A stretch of 64,000 bases of DNA from Candidatus Aminicenantes bacterium (GCA_027031485.1 JALVQI010000211.1:559-64558); one strand, 5' to 3'. Numbered from the stretch's first letter, positions 25,926 to 36,565 are shown. The notes: generated by a model from the letters alone, not told the origin. Translations and numbers: made by a program.

Positions 25926-27540
25926 AAAAGGTTTAGTGCTATCTGTTATGTTATTCTTTTTCCTTTTCCCGGGGTTTTCCTGTACGAACTTTCTTATAAG
26001 CAAAGGAGCAACAAAGGATGGTTCAACAATGATTACCTATGCTGCGGATTCCCATACGCTTTACGGTGAACTCTATTTCACGCCGGCAGGGGTTCACCCC
26101 GAGGGAGAGATGATAGATGTGTATGAGTGGGATACCGGAAAATATTTAGGGAAAATAAAACAGGTTAGAAAAACATATAAGGTTATAGGTAATATGAATG
26201 AATTTCAGGTATCCATAGGGGAAACAACCTACGGAGGAAGGAAAGAGCTTCGCAGTAAAGCGGGCATCCTTGATTATGGTAGCCTTATGTATATTACTCT
26301 TCAAAGAGCAAGAACTGCAAGGGAAGCAATAAAGATAATGGGAAAACTTGTGGAAAAATACGGATATATAAGTTCAGGGGAGACATTCTCCATTGCGGAC
26401 CCAAAAGAGGTGTGGATAATGGATATGATCGGAAAGGGTAAAGAAAAGGGAGCTGTATGGGTTGCAAGAAGGGTACCAAACGGTTATGTCACAGCCCATG
26501 CAAATCAGGCAAGAATAAGAAAATTCCCTTTGCATGATCCGAAAAATTGCCTCTATTCAAAAGATGTAATCTCTTTTGCAAGAAAAATGGGATATTTTAA
26601 AGGTGAGGATAAAGCTTTTAGTTTTGTTGATGCCTATGCTCCTCCGGATTTTGAAAGTTTAAGATTTTGTGAAATAAGGGTATGGAGTTTTTTCAGAAGG
26701 GTTGCTCCTACTAAAAACCTGGATAGATATCTTGATTATGTAAGAGGTAATCCGAAGGCAACACCTCTTCCTTTATGGATAAAACCTGATAAAAAGTTAA
26801 CGGTGCAGGATGTAATGAGTCTTATGAGGGATCACTTTGAGGGTACGGAGTTTGATTTAAGCAAGGGAATAGGAGCAGGTCCATATAAACTTCCTTACAG
26901 GTGGCGTCCTCTGGTATGGAAATTAAATGGGAAAAAATATTTTAATGAAAGATCGACATCTACTCAGCAGACGGGTTTTTCTTTTATAGCCCAAGCCAGA
27001 GGATATTTGCCCAACCCTGTTGGCGGAATTTTCTGGTTCAGTGTTGATGATACATACAGTACAGTCTATGTGCCAATGTATGTTGGAATAGAAAAAGCTC
27101 CGTATAATTATGCGGTTGGAAGAGGAGACTTTTATCATTTTAGCTGGGATTCTGCTTTCTGGGTTTTCAATTTTGTGGCGAATTTCGCCTATTCGAGATA
27201 TTCGTATATGATCAAGGATATTCAAAAACAGCAGAGGTATTTTGAAGATAAATTTGTCGCAGATGTACCTGAAGTGGACAAAGCAGCTCTTTCCCTTTAT
27301 AAGAAATCTCCGCTATTAGCCAAAGATTATTTGACAAAATATTCTGAGAAGCAAGCTTCAGCAGTAGTTAAGAGATGGAGAAAACTTCTTATAGAACTTC
27401 TTGTTAAATATCTCGATGGGAATATGAAAAATGAGAAGGGAAAAGTTACCCATCCCGGCTATCCTGAATCATGGTATGAATTAATCGTGAAGGAGAGTGG
27501 AGATAAGTACCTTATAAAACCTCAGAAGAAAGAAGATTAA
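25918..27540 (+). CDS. C69-family dipeptidase
   Basis: A signal peptide followed by the N-terminal nucleophile context FSCTNFLISKGATKDGSTMITYAADS. About 540 aa. Confidence 0.8.
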   Translation: MIRKGLVLSVMLFFFLFPGFSCTNFLISKGATKDGSTMITYAADSHTLYGELYFTPAGVHPEGEMIDVYEWDTGKYLGKIKQVRKTYKVIGNMNEFQVSIGETTYGGRKELRSKAGILDYGSLMYITLQRARTAREAIKIMGKLVEKYGYISSGETFSIADPKEVWIMDMIGKGKEKGAVWVARRVPNGYVTAHANQARIRKFPLHDPKNCLYSKDVISFARKMGYFKGEDKAFSFVDAYAPPDFESLRFCEIRVWSFFRRVAPTKNLDRYLDYVRGNPKATPLPLWIKPDKKLTVQDVMSLMRDHFEGTEFDLSKGIGAGPYKLPYRWRPLVWKLNGKKYFNERSTSTQQTGFSFIAQARGYLPNPVGGIFWFSVDDTYSTVYVPMYVGIEKAPYNYAVGRGDFYHFSWDSAFWVFNFVANFAYSRYSYMIKDIQKQQRYFEDKFVADVPEVDKAALSLYKKSPLLAKDYLTKYSEKQASAVVKRWRKLLIELLVKYLDGNMKNEKGKVTHPGYPESWYELIVKESGDKYLIKPQKKED

Positions 27541-27654
27541 TACAAAATTTACTCTGCTGATTAAAAAATATTATTTGATTTTGAAAGACGAAATTTTGAA
27601 TAATAATATTTATAATGATTTTCATTGTTTTTTAAGGATTATTCAGAGAAAGTC

Positions 27655-27683
27655 TTGACAAATGTGTTTATTTTGCATACAAT
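27655..27683 (+). promoter_or_regulatory. Promoter TTGACA-17-TACAAT, with the -10 ending 9 nt before the pilB ATG (leaderless or near-leaderless)
   Basis: Hexamers and spacing were read directly. There is no SD in tttatagaa. Confidence 0.6.
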
Positions 27684-27692
27684 TTTATAGAA

Positions 27693-29420
27693 ATGGCTTA
27701 TAGATTAGGAGAATTATTATTAAGAGAAGGATTGATTAATGAATCCCAGTTAAAAGAAGCTCTTGAGTATCAAAAGGAGAGAGGAGGCAGGCTGGGATCG
27801 ATTTTTATCAATCTTGGGTTTGTTTCTGAAGAAGATATAGCTGAGGTTCTATCAAAACAGCAGGGCGTTCCTGCGATTAATCTTTCCAAATTTGAAATTG
27901 ACAAAAGTGTGTTGAATATTATACCGGAAGAGCATTGCAGAAAAGCGCTTATCATTCCGATAAGCAAGATAGGTGATACTTTAACTCTTGCAATGGTCGA
28001 ACCCACAAATTTAATGACAATATCAGAAATAGAATTTATGACAGGATTAAAAGTTCAGCCGGTTATAGCTCCTGAGTCAGCAATCAGAGCAGCTATAGAT
28101 AAGCACTATGGGACAACATCGGAAGTTGAAATAAAAAAGACATTTGAGGAATTTCAGGGAGAATTTGGCACTGATGAGAGTATTGAATTTTTAACTGAAG
28201 AAGAGGAGATGAATATTGCCGAGATGGAACAGGAAGCTGAAAGAGGCCCTATCGTTCAATATGTGAACAATTTGATAAAAATTGCCGTGGAAAAGGGAGC
28301 AAGCGATATTCATATTGAACCATATGAAAAAAAGTTAAGGGTAAGATACAGAATAGACGGAATTCTCTATGAACAGCAGGAACCTCCTTACACTATGAAG
28401 GACGGTATAATAACAAGGGTTAAGGTTATTTCAAAGCTGAGAATAGATGAAAAAAGAGTCCCTCAGGATGGTAGAATTAAAACAAAGATAAAACTTGCTA
28501 ATGGTAAAGTGAAAGAGATTGATATGAGAGTTTCAACTCTACCAACACTATATGGTGAAAAGGTAGTTATGAGAATCCTGGACAAAGAGCAATTGAGACT
28601 TGATCTTACTCAATTGGGTTTTGAAGAGGAATCCCTTGAAAAGTTTAAAAAAGCAATAAAAAGACCATGGGGGATTATTTTAGTGACGGGTCCCACAGGT
28701 TCGGGGAAAACAAACACTCTTTATTCTGCTATCTCGACTCTTAACAGTGAAGATACAAATATAATGACAGTAGAGGACCCCGTTGAATTTAATCTGTATG
28801 GAATTAATCAGGTTAATGTTAATGAGGATGCCGGTTTAAACTTTGCTTCAGCTTTAAGGTCATTTCTAAGGCAGGACCCGAACATTATATTGGTCGGAGA
28901 AATCAGGGATTTTGAAACAGCGGATATTGCTATAAAAGCTGCTTTAACAGGTCACCTTGTTTTATCCACTTTACACACAAATGATGCACCCTCTACAATT
29001 ACAAGATTGATTAATATGGGGATAGAACCATATCTTGTTGCATCTTCTCTTTTACTTGTTGTTGCACAGAGGTTAGTCAGGAGATTATGCAATAAGTGTA
29101 AAGAGGAAGCCTCTTATCCTCCGAAAGCTTTAATTGATGTGGGATTTAATCCCGATGAAGTTAAAAATCTTGAAATTTACAAAGCAAAAGGGTGCGCTGC
29201 GTGCAATCACACTGGCTATAAGGGGAGAGTGGGACTCTTTGAAGTAATGGAGATTTCCGAAGAGATAAAAGAGATGATAATCTCAATGGCATCAACCTCT
29301 GAATTAAGGAGAAAAGCCATTGAGGAAGGTATGTATACATTGAGAATGAGTGGGCTCGAAAAGGTTAAAAGAGGGTTAACCTCTATTGAAGAGGTTGTAA
29401 GAGAAACTGTAAAGGTATAG
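27693..29420 (+). CDS. pilB: Type IV pilus assembly ATPase PilB (GspE family)
   Basis: N-terminal GSPII-E-N-type domain (LGELLLREGLINESQLKEAL). Walker A GPTGSGKTNT. DPNIILVGEIRD. Tetracysteine CNKC...CAAC. Confidence 0.9.
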   Translation: MAYRLGELLLREGLINESQLKEALEYQKERGGRLGSIFINLGFVSEEDIAEVLSKQQGVPAINLSKFEIDKSVLNIIPEEHCRKALIIPISKIGDTLTLAMVEPTNLMTISEIEFMTGLKVQPVIAPESAIRAAIDKHYGTTSEVEIKKTFEEFQGEFGTDESIEFLTEEEEMNIAEMEQEAERGPIVQYVNNLIKIAVEKGASDIHIEPYEKKLRVRYRIDGILYEQQEPPYTMKDGIITRVKVISKLRIDEKRVPQDGRIKTKIKLANGKVKEIDMRVSTLPTLYGEKVVMRILDKEQLRLDLTQLGFEEESLEKFKKAIKRPWGIILVTGPTGSGKTNTLYSAISTLNSEDTNIMTVEDPVEFNLYGINQVNVNEDAGLNFASALRSFLRQDPNIILVGEIRDFETADIAIKAALTGHLVLSTLHTNDAPSTITRLINMGIEPYLVASSLLLVVAQRLVRRLCNKCKEEASYPPKALIDVGFNPDEVKNLEIYKAKGCAACNHTGYKGRVGLFEVMEISEEIKEMIISMASTSELRRKAIEEGMYTLRMSGLEKVKRGLTSIEEVVRETVKV

Positions 29421-29429
29421 GAGGCTTAA

Positions 29430-30572
29430 ATGGCATTACCATTACATCAATTGTTAAAAATAATGCTGGATGAGGGAGCAACTGATCTTCACATAACCAC
29501 AAATTCTCCTCCTCAAATCAGGGTACACGGAAAATTAAAACCTTTAAATCATCCTCCGTTAAAAGCACCTGAAACTAAACAATTAATTTATTCAATATTG
29601 AGTGATTCTCAAAAGCATAAATTGGAAGAGGATCTTGAATTGGATTTTTCCTTTGGAATAAAAGGCCTTGCAAGGTTCAGAGCTAATGTTTTTCATCAAA
29701 GAGGAGCAGTAAGCGGTGCTTTCAGAATGATTCCGTTTGAAAAGAGAAGTTTTGAGGAGTTAGGTATTCCACCTGTTGTAAAAAACTTGTGTGATAAGCC
29801 AAGAGGCCTCGTTTTGGTTACGGGACCTACGGGTTCCGGAAAATCAACAACCCTTGCAACAATGATTGATAAGATAAACAAAGAAAGACCGGTTCATATA
29901 ATCACTATTGAGGATCCGATTGAGTATCTCCACACTCATAAAAAGGCATTGGTAAATCAGAGGGAGGTTGGCTCGGATACAAAATCATTTGCCAGAGCTT
30001 TAAGAGCTGCTTTAAGAGAAGATCCGGATGTCGTTCTTATCGGTGAAATGAGAGATTTGGAGACTGTTGAAACAGCTTTGCAGGTTGCTGAAACCGGACA
30101 TTTAACTTTTGCCACATTACATACAAATTCGGCTTCCCAAACGATTAATAGAATTATTGATATTTTTCCCGCTCATCAGCAATCTCAGGTGAGAACGCAG
30201 CTTTCTTTAATATTGGAAGGAATTATTACCCAATCACTTTTACCAAAAGCGGACGGAAGAGGTAGGGTGGTTGCTTCGGAAATATTGGTTCCGACACCTG
30301 CAATCAGAAATTTAATAAGAGAGGACAAAATACATCAAATATACTCTTCCATGCAGACAGCACAGGAAAAGACGGGTATGCAGACATTTAATCAATCTTT
30401 AGCTGTTCTTTATTTTAAAAGATTAATAACCCTTGAGCTTGCAATGAGTGTTTCACATAATCCTGATGAATTAAGCGAGATAATTAATAGAGGGCCATCC
30501 AGTCTTTCACCTTATCTTTTTAAGGTATACGAAGGTGTTCAGATGGCTCCAAATTTTGATAGAGGTTTTTAG
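29430..30572 (+). CDS. pilT: Twitching-motility retraction ATPase PilT
   Basis: Walker A GPTGSGKST, DPDVVLIGEMRD, TLHT, and an intact PilT signature PTPAIRNLIRE. Confidence 0.9.
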   Translation: MALPLHQLLKIMLDEGATDLHITTNSPPQIRVHGKLKPLNHPPLKAPETKQLIYSILSDSQKHKLEEDLELDFSFGIKGLARFRANVFHQRGAVSGAFRMIPFEKRSFEELGIPPVVKNLCDKPRGLVLVTGPTGSGKSTTLATMIDKINKERPVHIITIEDPIEYLHTHKKALVNQREVGSDTKSFARALRAALREDPDVVLIGEMRDLETVETALQVAETGHLTFATLHTNSASQTINRIIDIFPAHQQSQVRTQLSLILEGIITQSLLPKADGRGRVVASEILVPTPAIRNLIREDKIHQIYSSMQTAQEKTGMQTFNQSLAVLYFKRLITLELAMSVSHNPDELSEIINRGPSSLSPYLFKVYEGVQMAPNFDRGF

Positions 30573-30580
30573 GAGGGGTT

Positions 30581-31789
30581 ATGCCTGTTTTTGAATATGT
30601 AGGGAAAAATAAGTTTGGTCAGGTAATCAGAGGAACAAAGAGTGCGGCTACTATTGAGGATGCCAGAAGGATGATAGCGAGAGATCAGATAGTCATCCAG
30701 AAAATAAAAAAGAAAGGTGGGTTCTCTTTCGGGTTGAACCTTTTCAAAGGGAAAATTGTTAAAGTGGATGAACTTTCGATATTTACAAGACAGCTTGCTA
30801 CAATAATAAATGCAGGAATTCCGATAGTTCAGGGATTGGGGATATTGTCAACGCAAATAAAGAATAAAAAGTTTCAGGAGGCGGTTTCCACGGTAAAATC
30901 AGATATTGAAAGTGGTGTATCACTTGAGGAAGCTTTAAGAAAGCATCCGAGAGCATTTTCAGAGCTTTACATTAATATGGCAAGCGCCGGAGAAAAATCG
31001 GGAAATTTACCGGAGGTTCTTTCAAGGCTTGCAAAGTATCTTGAAAGAGAGGCCAGTGTCAGAGGGAAAGTAAAATCAGCATTGACTTATCCTGTGGTTG
31101 TTCTTGTAATAGCTATCACCATATCTTTGTTAATTCTGTATAAGGTTGTTCCCACTTTTTCAGCTCTGTTTGAGGATCTTGGGGCAGAACTTCCTTTACC
31201 CACTCAGATTCTTGTATCAGCATCGCATATTCTTGTTAACAATATCGGTTGGCTTGTGTTGATAACAATTGGTGCCTTTTTTGCTTTTAGAGCGTATTAC
31301 AGAACTCACAATGGGAAGAGAGTCATAGATAATCTTAAATTAAAATTGCCTGTGATGGGAGACCTTGCGATAAAGGGTTCTGTTGCAAGATTCTCAAGAA
31401 CTCTTGCAACAATGATCTCCAGTGGAATAGATCTTTTGCTTGCTCTCGAAATTACGGCTAAAACATCGGGGAATGCTATTGTTGAGGATGCGATTATGGA
31501 AGCCAGAAACATGGTTACTCAAGGAAGAGAGTTAAGTACATCAATCCAGAATTTTAAGGTTTTTCCTCCTATGTTGGCTCAAATGATTGCTGTTGGAGAA
31601 AGTACTGGTTCTCTGGATGAAATGTTGTCTAAGATCGCTGATTTTTATGAGGAAGAGGTTGACAGAGCTGTTGACACACTTTTAAGCCTCATAGAGCCTA
31701 TAATGATTGTATTCCTCGGAGTTCTGATAGGAGGAATGGTTGTGGCTCTTTATCTACCGATGTTTAACCTTGCCAAGAATATAGGTTAA
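30581..31789 (+). CDS. pilC: Type IV pilus platform protein PilC (T2SS-F family)
   Basis: 402 aa. Two T2SSF repeats, three TM segments, and the typical FTRQLATIINAGIPI motif. Confidence 0.9.
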   Translation: MPVFEYVGKNKFGQVIRGTKSAATIEDARRMIARDQIVIQKIKKKGGFSFGLNLFKGKIVKVDELSIFTRQLATIINAGIPIVQGLGILSTQIKNKKFQEAVSTVKSDIESGVSLEEALRKHPRAFSELYINMASAGEKSGNLPEVLSRLAKYLEREASVRGKVKSALTYPVVVLVIAITISLLILYKVVPTFSALFEDLGAELPLPTQILVSASHILVNNIGWLVLITIGAFFAFRAYYRTHNGKRVIDNLKLKLPVMGDLAIKGSVARFSRTLATMISSGIDLLLALEITAKTSGNAIVEDAIMEARNMVTQGRELSTSIQNFKVFPPMLAQMIAVGESTGSLDEMLSKIADFYEEEVDRAVDTLLSLIEPIMIVFLGVLIGGMVVALYLPMFNLAKNIG

Positions 31790-31796
31790 AAACTAT

Positions 31797-33314
31797 TTGG
31801 TCAAAAATATAAATATCCTTATAATTTCAAGGTTCTTAATAATAGTAGGGATTTTACTTACAATTTTTATCTTTAATTTTCTTTACCCCACATCAATAAA
31901 TATTGCACCTCTTTTAAATATAACTTTACTTATTGCTCTACTTTCCGGGATATACTTTTTTCTTAACCTTAACACTTCCATTTCCAAAGATTATCTGATT
32001 CAGCTTCAGCTTTTTATAGATATTATTGTGATTTCCTCATTAATTTATGTTACGGGAAGCATGCAAAGTCCTTTTCTGTTCCTTCTAACAATTCCGATAA
32101 TCATATCTTCGATATACTTAAATAAAACAAAAACTGTTTTAATTGGGGTGTTAAGTTTTCTTTCTCTTATAATAATAATTACACTCTACTATACATCATT
32201 TTACGGGGATATTCATATTGAATTGATTCTGAACAAAGTGATTCTTTATGGATTATCATTTACGGGAATTGCTCTTCTTTCTGCATATCTGGTTGAAAGA
32301 ATAAGACTTTACAGAGAAGAAATAGAAGAGAAGGAGATTGAATTTGAGAGATTAAACCTCCTTTTACAGAATATTGTTGAAAATATAGAATATGCTTTTA
32401 TTACATTAGATGAAAAAGGTGATTTGATTTTTAAAAACAGAGAAGCTGATTCTTTGCTTAAGGATAATTTGCTAAAAATTTTAAAAGATTATTTTAATAT
32501 GAAAAACAATGAGGCTTTTGAACTGGAATTTGAAGATAAAATTTTGAAAGTTAAATATGATAATATGAATTTTGAAAACAAACATTATCATATTTTTGTA
32601 ATAGAAGATTTGACAGAAGAAAAAAAGCAAGAGAGAGAAAGGCAGATAAGGGAGAGATTACTGTATTTGGGAGAAATAGCTGCCGGTATGGCCCATGAAA
32701 TTAGAAATCCGTTGGCTTCTTTAATGGCATCTTTACAATTAATTGAGGAAGGAAAACTCGAAAACATTTCTTTGCTTACAGGTATTATTGTTGATGATAT
32801 TAAGAGGATATCTTCAATAATAGAAGATTTCCTTATTTTTACTGAAAATAGAAATTTTAAGATTGAAGAATTTGATCCGGAGAAACAGGTCATCAAGGTA
32901 ATAAAGGATTTAAAAAGGGAAGGATATAAGACAGACATAATAAAATTTAAAATTGACAGGAAAGTTGAAAAATATAGAGGAAATTCCTACCATTTATCTC
33001 TTGTTTTAAAAAATCTATTGACAAATTCTATCAAAGCTGTTAAAAATAAAGGTGATATTAGTGTCAAAATTTATTTGGATGAGAAGAGGATGGAGATGCG
33101 AGTAAGTGATAGTGGGAGTGGTATTGAGAAAGAAGATCTCAAGAATATATTCAACCCTTTTTTTACAAAATCAAAGGGAAAAGGAATGGGTATTGGTTTG
33201 ACAATTGTGAAAAGAATTGTGGAACTTTATAATGGAACAATAGAAGTATTTAGCGAAAAAGGAAAGGGGACAGAGTATACAATTACTCTTCCTCAAAAGA
33301 AAAAGATCGAGTGA
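31797..33314 (+). CDS. pilS: PilS-like sensor histidine kinase
   Basis: Six N-terminal TM helices. H box GMAHEIRNPL. HATPase motifs (DSGSGI, GKGMGIGL). TTG start. Position between pilC and pilR. Confidence 0.7.
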   Translation: MVKNINILIISRFLIIVGILLTIFIFNFLYPTSINIAPLLNITLLIALLSGIYFFLNLNTSISKDYLIQLQLFIDIIVISSLIYVTGSMQSPFLFLLTIPIIISSIYLNKTKTVLIGVLSFLSLIIIITLYYTSFYGDIHIELILNKVILYGLSFTGIALLSAYLVERIRLYREEIEEKEIEFERLNLLLQNIVENIEYAFITLDEKGDLIFKNREADSLLKDNLLKILKDYFNMKNNEAFELEFEDKILKVKYDNMNFENKHYHIFVIEDLTEEKKQERERQIRERLLYLGEIAAGMAHEIRNPLASLMASLQLIEEGKLENISLLTGIIVDDIKRISSIIEDFLIFTENRNFKIEEFDPEKQVIKVIKDLKREGYKTDIIKFKIDRKVEKYRGNSYHLSLVLKNLLTNSIKAVKNKGDISVKIYLDEKRMEMRVSDSGSGIEKEDLKNIFNPFFTKSKGKGMGIGLTIVKRIVELYNGTIEVFSEKGKGTEYTITLPQKKKIE

Positions 33315-33317
33315 AAA

Positions 33318-34676
33318 ATGAAAATTCTTGTCATTGATGACGAAGAGAACATTGGAAGGACGATAGAATTAATTTTTGAGAAAGAGGACTTTGACGTGAC
33401 TCTTGCTTTTAATGGTGAAACAGCTATTTCCCTATTAAAAGAAAATTATTTTGATGTTATTATTTCTGACATAAGACTTCCCGATATTTCCGGTATGGAA
33501 ATTCTGAAAATTTCGAAAAATCTTTATCCGGAGGTTCCTGTTATAATGATAACCGCATATGCTTCAACTTCTGTAGCGGTGGAGGCTATGAAATTGGGAG
33601 CGGAAGATTATATTATTAAACCTTTTGATATTGATGAATTAAGAATAATTGTAAAAAGAGCTTATGAAAAGAGAAAGTTAGAGATAGAAAATAAAAAATT
33701 ACAGAGATTGATAGAAGAAAAGTATAGCTTTGAGAATATAATCGGCAAAAGTAAAATTATGAAAGATATTTTTTTGCTGATAGAAAAAATAGCTCCGATT
33801 GATACAACGGTTTTGATTACAGGGGAAAGTGGCACGGGCAAGGATTTGATTGCAAGAGCTATTCATTTTAGAAGCTTGAGAAAAGACGGGGAGTTTGTTG
33901 CGATAAATTGTGCGAGTATACCTGAAAATTTGCTTGAGTCTGAATTGTTTGGATATAAGAGAGGAGCTTTCACAGGAGCGGTTACGAGTAAAGTTGGGCT
34001 ATTTCAGGAGGCTAACAGAGGGACTCTCTTTTTAGATGAGATCGGAGAGATGCCTCAGGGATTACAAGCAAAGCTGTTAAGAGTACTTCAGGATAAAAAA
34101 ATAAGACCTCTGGGAGGAACCCAGGAAAAAGAGGTGGATGTGAGAATTATTGCCGCTACAAATCACAATCTCGAAGATATGGTTAAAAAAGGAGATTTCA
34201 GGGAGGACCTTTTTTACAGATTGAATGTTATCACTATAGATTTACCTCCGTTGAGGAAGAGAAAAGAGGATATTCCCTTGCTTGTAAATTATTTTATTAA
34301 AAAGTTAAATAAAAAGTTTAACAAAGAAATAAAAGGGGTTGAACCTTCCCTGCTGGAATATTTCTTTTTATATGATTGGCCCGGAAACGTAAGAGAGCTT
34401 GAAAATCTTGTGGAAAGATTAATGATATTGGAAGAGGGAACACTTTTAACATCTAAACATCTTCCGAAGAAGTATAAAGATCCGGGAGAAATTTCAGAAA
34501 TAACAATTCCTTCCGAATTTAAAAATTTTAATCTGAATCAATATATTGATAATGTGGTTAAAAAAATAATAAGCCTTTCATTGGAGAAAACAGGAGGAAA
34601 TAAAAAGGATGCGGCAAGTTTGTTAGGAATTTCATATAGATCTTTCAGATATTACTATAATAAACTTTTTGGATAG
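33318..34676 (+). CDS. pilR: PilR-like sigma54-dependent response regulator (NtrC family)
   Basis: Receiver domain (DDEE..., DIRLPD). AAA+ motif GESGTGKD. GAFTGA sigma54-contact loop. C-terminal HTH. Confidence 0.8.
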   Translation: MKILVIDDEENIGRTIELIFEKEDFDVTLAFNGETAISLLKENYFDVIISDIRLPDISGMEILKISKNLYPEVPVIMITAYASTSVAVEAMKLGAEDYIIKPFDIDELRIIVKRAYEKRKLEIENKKLQRLIEEKYSFENIIGKSKIMKDIFLLIEKIAPIDTTVLITGESGTGKDLIARAIHFRSLRKDGEFVAINCASIPENLLESELFGYKRGAFTGAVTSKVGLFQEANRGTLFLDEIGEMPQGLQAKLLRVLQDKKIRPLGGTQEKEVDVRIIAATNHNLEDMVKKGDFREDLFYRLNVITIDLPPLRKRKEDIPLLVNYFIKKLNKKFNKEIKGVEPSLLEYFFLYDWPGNVRELENLVERLMILEEGTLLTSKHLPKKYKDPGEISEITIPSEFKNFNLNQYIDNVVKKIISLSLEKTGGNKKDAASLLGISYRSFRYYYNKLFG

Positions 34677-34685
34677 GAGAGATTT

Positions 34686-35255
34686 ATGAGGCAGAAGAAA
34701 AAGGAGAAAAAGAGGGAATTTTTTATAAAAGCTGCGAAAAAGGCTTTTATAAAAAGAGGTATAGTCTCAACAAATATGGAGGACATATCATTAAATACAG
34801 GCACATCAAGGACTGCTCTTTACTACTACTTTAAATCGAAAGAGGATATTTTAAAGGCTATTATATTTGAAACAAAGGAAAAACTTATGAGGCGTTTGAA
34901 AAAAAATATGAAAAATGTCCAGAGTAAAAAAAGATTCTTTCTTTTGTTAGTCGATACAATTCATTGGCTTTCGAAGAATGAGAAAGAAGCTTTGACCATT
35001 ATCCTGAGGCTTAAGCTGAAGGATAATGAATCAAATCTTCCCAAACTCAAGGATTTTATGAAACATATTGAAAAAAAGATGATTTCGGAAATTGTTTCTA
35101 TGATGAATGATAAAAACATAGATATATCGGAAAAAGATATGGCTCTAATTTTTGACTATCTTACGGGTTTATCATTTTTTATAATGATAGGAATGCCGGA
35201 GAGATTCTTAAATGTTATGAATGAATCTTTTTTAAAAGAGTTTGAAAGATTTTAA
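34686..35255 (+). CDS. TetR-family transcriptional regulator
   Basis: N-terminal HTH motif [26 protein letters not shown]. It lies 9 nt after pilR and has an SD. Confidence 0.8.
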   Translation: MRQKKKEKKREFFIKAAKKAFIKRGIVSTNMEDISLNTGTSRTALYYYFKSKEDILKAIIFETKEKLMRRLKKNMKNVQSKKRFFLLLVDTIHWLSKNEKEALTIILRLKLKDNESNLPKLKDFMKHIEKKMISEIVSMMNDKNIDISEKDMALIFDYLTGLSFFIMIGMPERFLNVMNESFLKEFERF

Positions 35256-35971
35256 AAAACAAGAGTTCCTATTTTTTCTCCGAAAATTACTTTTTTAAGG
35301 TTATTTTTTTCCTTTATTGAAAACACTATGATAGGGATTTTGTTATCCATACATAGGGAAATAGCCGTTGCATCCATAACCTTAAGCTGTTTTTTTAAAA
35401 CTTCAAAATATTCTATCTTTTCAAATTTGATAGCATCCTCATGTATCTCCGGATCAAGGTTATAAACTCCGTCGACTTTGGTAGCTTTCAGAATAACCTC
35501 TGCATCTATTTCAATTGCTCTCAGAGCTGCTGCAGTATCCGTGGTGAAAAAGGGATTTCCTGTTCCTGCCGAAAAAATAACCACTCTACCCATTTCAAGA
35601 TGCCTTATAGCTCTTCTCCTTATAAAAGGTTCGGCTACCTGGCGAATTTCAAGAGCTGACATTAATCTCGTAATTAAGCCTTTTGATTCAAGAACATCCT
35701 GGAGAGCAAGGCCATTCATCACAGTTGCAAGCATTCCCATGTAATCAGCGGTTGCCGGTTTTATATTCATACCTTTGGCATTTACACCTCTGAAAATATT
35801 TCCACCACCTACGACAATAGCAATCTCAACCCCGATATCAACCAATTCCTTGATTTCGTCGCCCAATCTATCGATGGTTTTGGTATCTATTCCGTATTCT
35901 TTTGCACCTAAAAGGATTTCTCCACTTAACTTTATCAGAACTCTTTTATATCGTGGAGAATTCTTATCCAT
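35252..35971 (-). CDS. pyrH: UMP kinase
   Basis: [37 protein letters not shown]. Confidence 0.95.
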   Translation of the reverse strand: MDKNSPRYKRVLIKLSGEILLGAKEYGIDTKTIDRLGDEIKELVDIGVEIAIVVGGGNIFRGVNAKGMNIKPATADYMGMLATVMNGLALQDVLESKGLITRLMSALEIRQVAEPFIRRRAIRHLEMGRVVIFSAGTGNPFFTTDTAAALRAIEIDAEVILKATKVDGVYNLDPEIHEDAIKFEKIEYFEVLKKQLKVMDATAISLCMDNKIPIIVFSIKEKNNLKKVIFGEKIGTLVF

Positions 35972-36564
35972 TACTCACCGAGCTGATATCTTGTAAATCT
36001 CTTTACCCTTATATTCTCTCCCAATTCATGAATGAATTGTGCGATAAATTCTTTTATTTTTATTTTAGGATCTTTTGCATAGGGTTGTTCCATAAGGCAT
36101 TTTTCTTCATAAAAGCTTTTTATTTTTCCTTCAAGAATTTTGTCAATTATATTTTCAGGTTTCCCCTGAGTTTTTAGTTGTTCTCTGTAAATCTCTTTTT
36201 CCTTTTCAATTACTTCTTCGGGAACATCCTCAATGGACACATATTCAGGAGCGGTTGCGGCAATGTGCATTCCTAATTCATCTATCAATTCAAGAAATCT
36301 TTCATTTTTTGCGACAAAATCAGTCTCACAGGAAAGCTCAAGTAAAACACCCACTGAGCCGTTAAAGTGAATGTATGAACCAATTCTTCCCTGTTTTGTT
36401 TCTCTTCCCGCTTTTTTTGAAGCTTTCGCCATCCCTCTTTTTCTTAAAAGTTCTATGGCTTTTTCTATATCTCCATTTGTTTCTTCCAGAGCACTTTTAC
36501 ATTCCATAATACCAATACCGGTTTTTTCTCTTAATTCTTTAACTTTTGCCATTGAAACTGCCAT
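35971..36564 (-). CDS. tsf: Elongation factor Ts (short form)
   Basis: [37 protein letters not shown]. 197 aa. Confidence 0.95.
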   Translation of the reverse strand: MAVSMAKVKELREKTGIGIMECKSALEETNGDIEKAIELLRKRGMAKASKKAGRETKQGRIGSYIHFNGSVGVLLELSCETDFVAKNERFLELIDELGMHIAATAPEYVSIEDVPEEVIEKEKEIYREQLKTQGKPENIIDKILEGKIKSFYEEKCLMEQPYAKDPKIKIKEFIAQFIHELGENIRVKRFTRYQLGE

Positions 36565-36565
36565 C

